A stretch of 64,000 nucleotides of DNA, from the NCBI GenBank assembly GCA_964628025.1, contig CAZVLL010000005.1:667-64666 (forward strand), given 5' to 3'. Shown here piece by piece: positions 62,247 through 64,000 of the stretch. Within the stretch, counting starts at the first letter, position 1. The number at the start of each line of letters is the position of its first letter. The position numbers and the translations under genes were made by a program. This stretch comes from an uncultured Syntrophaceae bacterium (GTDB lineage: Bacteria > Desulfobacterota > Syntrophia > Syntrophales > UBA2192). The notes beneath the pieces are model-generated. The model ran no database searches and had not been told where the DNA came from. It worked only from the letters and a program-made list of their open reading frames with translations.

Positions 62247-63015
62247 AAGGACTCCCCTTCCATAAGATGGCCACAGGTAAAAGCTCTGTTCGAATCGACC
62301 TTGCAAATACAAACTCATCCTGATCTCAGGAGGGTTAAGATACCGTACGAGTTGTAGAACAAAGCGTCGAGAAGGGAATCTGTTCTACAAACCATGCTCT
62401 TGCGCATAAGGTGCAATCCAGATTCACCCCTCTCGCTTTACCCTGGCGTCCCAAGGTATCCTATATCCGATTTTGATTGAACCGACGGTAGGCAATATAC
62501 AAGGTGCAATGGCCAATCAGTGATAACACAATGATATCATGAGAAAATATATTTTGAACAGTCGGATTCCCGTTTAGCGCTGCTCTGACTCCCATTCCTT
62601 GAAAAGCCTCCGCCACATTACCTCTTGAAAGTTTTACGTGGTTATTCCCTGGTCGACAGGTCGGGCAGTAGAATCGGCGGTGGCAGTGGTCAATTGTGGG
62701 AAGAAAGGTGGCATCTCGGGATTCAAAAATCCAGGTCCTTAACAGCCTGTCAGAACGATACAACCAAGCCATACTGAATCTTGTTGACTGAAATGCGCAG
62801 GACAATGGTCGGTCACTGAACAGCAGACTTCAAACGGAAATCAATGACGTTCACTTTCTTCAGGACCCTGGATACTTCTAAGATAAATACATCTGAGTAT
62901 AACGCTTTTTGCTTTTGACATACCAGATTCCCTTGTTCTATGCTTCGAACGGCGGTAAGGAAATTCTCATCGATTGAATTCAATTGTTCCAGTTTACTCG
63001 CAGTCCGAGGTTTAC

Positions 63016-63378
63016 ATGTGGAGGCTTGGAATAAGTATCCTCTTTTGGGGCGGACTAGTGTTGACCGTAACGGCTTGGTCATACGAGCAGAATCCCTGTG
63101 TAAGCAATGTTAACGGGAAAATAGTATGTCCTCCGCCAGGCGGTACGTGTCTAATTAACGCGGCCGGCAATATAGCCTGTTCACCGCCGTATGGCGGTAT
63201 CGTGATGATTTTCGACGGCCAGATGCTTTGCGGTCCGGGAAAGTGCATGATCAGTGCGTTCGGACAGGCATTCTGTTCCTCTGAGAAAGATGGGTCGGCG
63301 ACCATTAGCAGCTTCGGCGTACCCGTCTGCACCGGTGGTTGCGTGCCGGCATCTGCGTCAGCCTGTAGCTGGCCATAG
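63016..63378 (+). CDS. small secreted Cys-rich protein with periodic G-x-(I/V/A/L)-x-C units
   Basis: The internal ATG at 63016 gives the signal peptide MWRLGISILFWGGLVLTVTAWS. The mature part has 10 Cys in repeated units NGKIVC, AGNIAC, DGQMLC, FGQAFC and FGVPVC. Confidence 0.5.
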   Translation: MWRLGISILFWGGLVLTVTAWSYEQNPCVSNVNGKIVCPPPGGTCLINAAGNIACSPPYGGIVMIFDGQMLCGPGKCMISAFGQAFCSSEKDGSATISSFGVPVCTGGCVPASASACSWP

Positions 63379-63504
63379 AGTTCTCGGTCCCAGCAGGGTT
63401 GCCGTTTGCTTGCAATCCGGCGCTAAAACGGGATGTACCATCGACAGTCGTCAAATCCTGACGTTCGGATTATTTCGAGGCCGGGCAGACGAAAACAGAC
63501 AGCC

Positions 63505-64000
63505 ATGATGAGCGACACGCTGAAACGGCGATTCTATTGTGACCGGTGGGCAGACTACGGCCTGCTGATGCTGGCATTATTCTGTGTCAATTGCTCAAGC
63601 GCATCGAGCGATGCAATTATTTTTCCCGTTCAGAACGTTCACTATGTGGATTCCGTGGGAACGAACTTCCTTTTCAGGGGCGAGCGCCCCCTAACCGGCG
63701 ATGGCATCAGTTATGCGACGTTCAATGTTGACGGTCTGAAAAAAGCGATTGCGGAACAGGCCGATCTGGCCGGGGTCATACTCCCGCCATCCTATACCCT
63801 TCTGGACATCAGCCTTCTCTGGATGGAAGACATCGATGAGCCGGTACAGGCTGCCAAGGAAAGAGTGTTCTTGGTAGCTGAAATTTCCTTTTTTCAGTCA
63901 AATCCCCAATTGGGGCAGGTGCACTCGTGGACGAGCAAAGGCACCGCCCTGAATCCTCGGGACGCGCCTCTCTCATCTGCCGATCGTGACTATCTGGCCA
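63505..64000 (+). CDS. hypothetical (lipo)protein, N-terminal part (runs off window)
   Basis: Manual translation from ATG 63505 gives MMSDTLKRRFYCDRWADYGLLMLALFCVNCSSASSD...FLFRGERPLTGDG... The frame stays open to nt 64000, so it is absent from the ORF track. Confidence 0.45.
   Translation, partial: MMSDTLKRRFYCDRWADYGLLMLALFCVNCSSASSDAIIFPVQNVHYVDSVGTNFLFRGERPLTGDGISYATFNVDGLKKAIAEQADLAGVILPPSYTLLDISLLWMEDIDEPVQAAKERVFLVAEISFFQSNPQLGQVHSWTSKGTALNPRDAPLSSADRDYLA

Noticed and set aside
62461-63082. Minus-strand ORFs 62461-62805 (114 aa) and 62813-63082 (89 aa)
   Set aside because: They have no recognisable motifs or RBS. The second overlaps the better-supported Cys-rich secreted protein gene. 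The region may be decayed island DNA.

Overview
This is a 64-kb, high-GC bacterial chromosomal window. The gene content includes a selenocysteine formate dehydrogenase, a soluble NAD(P)-linked [NiFe] hydrogenase, hybrid-cluster protein, rubrerythrin and an acyl-CoA dehydrogenase. That suggests a strict anaerobe of the Desulfobacterota/Syntrophia type, but this is inference only; no rRNA is present to confirm it. The window falls into six blocks. (i) 1-2.1 kb: a TetR regulator plus a long acyl-CoA dehydrogenase. (ii) 2.4-13.6 kb: a soluble [NiFe]-hydrogenase locus with DRTGG/GHKL/PHP regulatory proteins, NuoE-like, [2Fe-2S] ferredoxin, a NuoF::GltD fusion, a NuoG-like subunit with a degenerate molybdopterin domain, small and large subunits, and a maturation protease. 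(iii) 13.8-22.1 kb: an accessory-looking locus made almost entirely of signal-peptide proteins. It contains a Sec-signal Hcp-like protein, a Met-rich secreted protein, a prion-like Q/P/G/Y-rich repeat protein, a CsgG-like channel and a beta-propeller, plus a cytoplasmic borosin-type (OphMA-like) backbone N-methyltransferase and a Cys-cluster protein. (iv) 22-49 kb: redox and housekeeping genes. These are a QueG/RdhA-like Fe-S protein, an OYE flavoenzyme, rubrerythrin, an AttEFGH-like ABC system, two tandem biotin carboxylase paralogs, a Crp/Fnr (HcpR-like) regulator with hcp and a ferredoxin behind a perfect FNR-type box, Sec-containing FdhA with a SECIS hairpin, an OFA-type MFS transporter, a LysM amidase and MetF. 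(v) 49.5-59.5 kb: a ~9.9-kb integrative element bounded by 41-bp direct repeats of the 5' half of tRNA-Arg(CCG). It has a phage-satellite-like gene set (integrase, Xis-like HTH, Prim-Pol/helicase, small terminase, HK97-type capsid, gp10-like protein) but no recognisable large terminase, portal, tail or lysis genes. (vi) 59.5-64 kb: a visibly AT-richer variable region with an HD-GYP protein, orphan secreted proteins, an IS110 transposase remnant and a periodic Cys-rich secreted protein. I saw no CRISPR array and no rRNA. Many long ORFs in the supplied track are antisense or alternative-frame shadows typical of high-GC DNA, and I rejected them.
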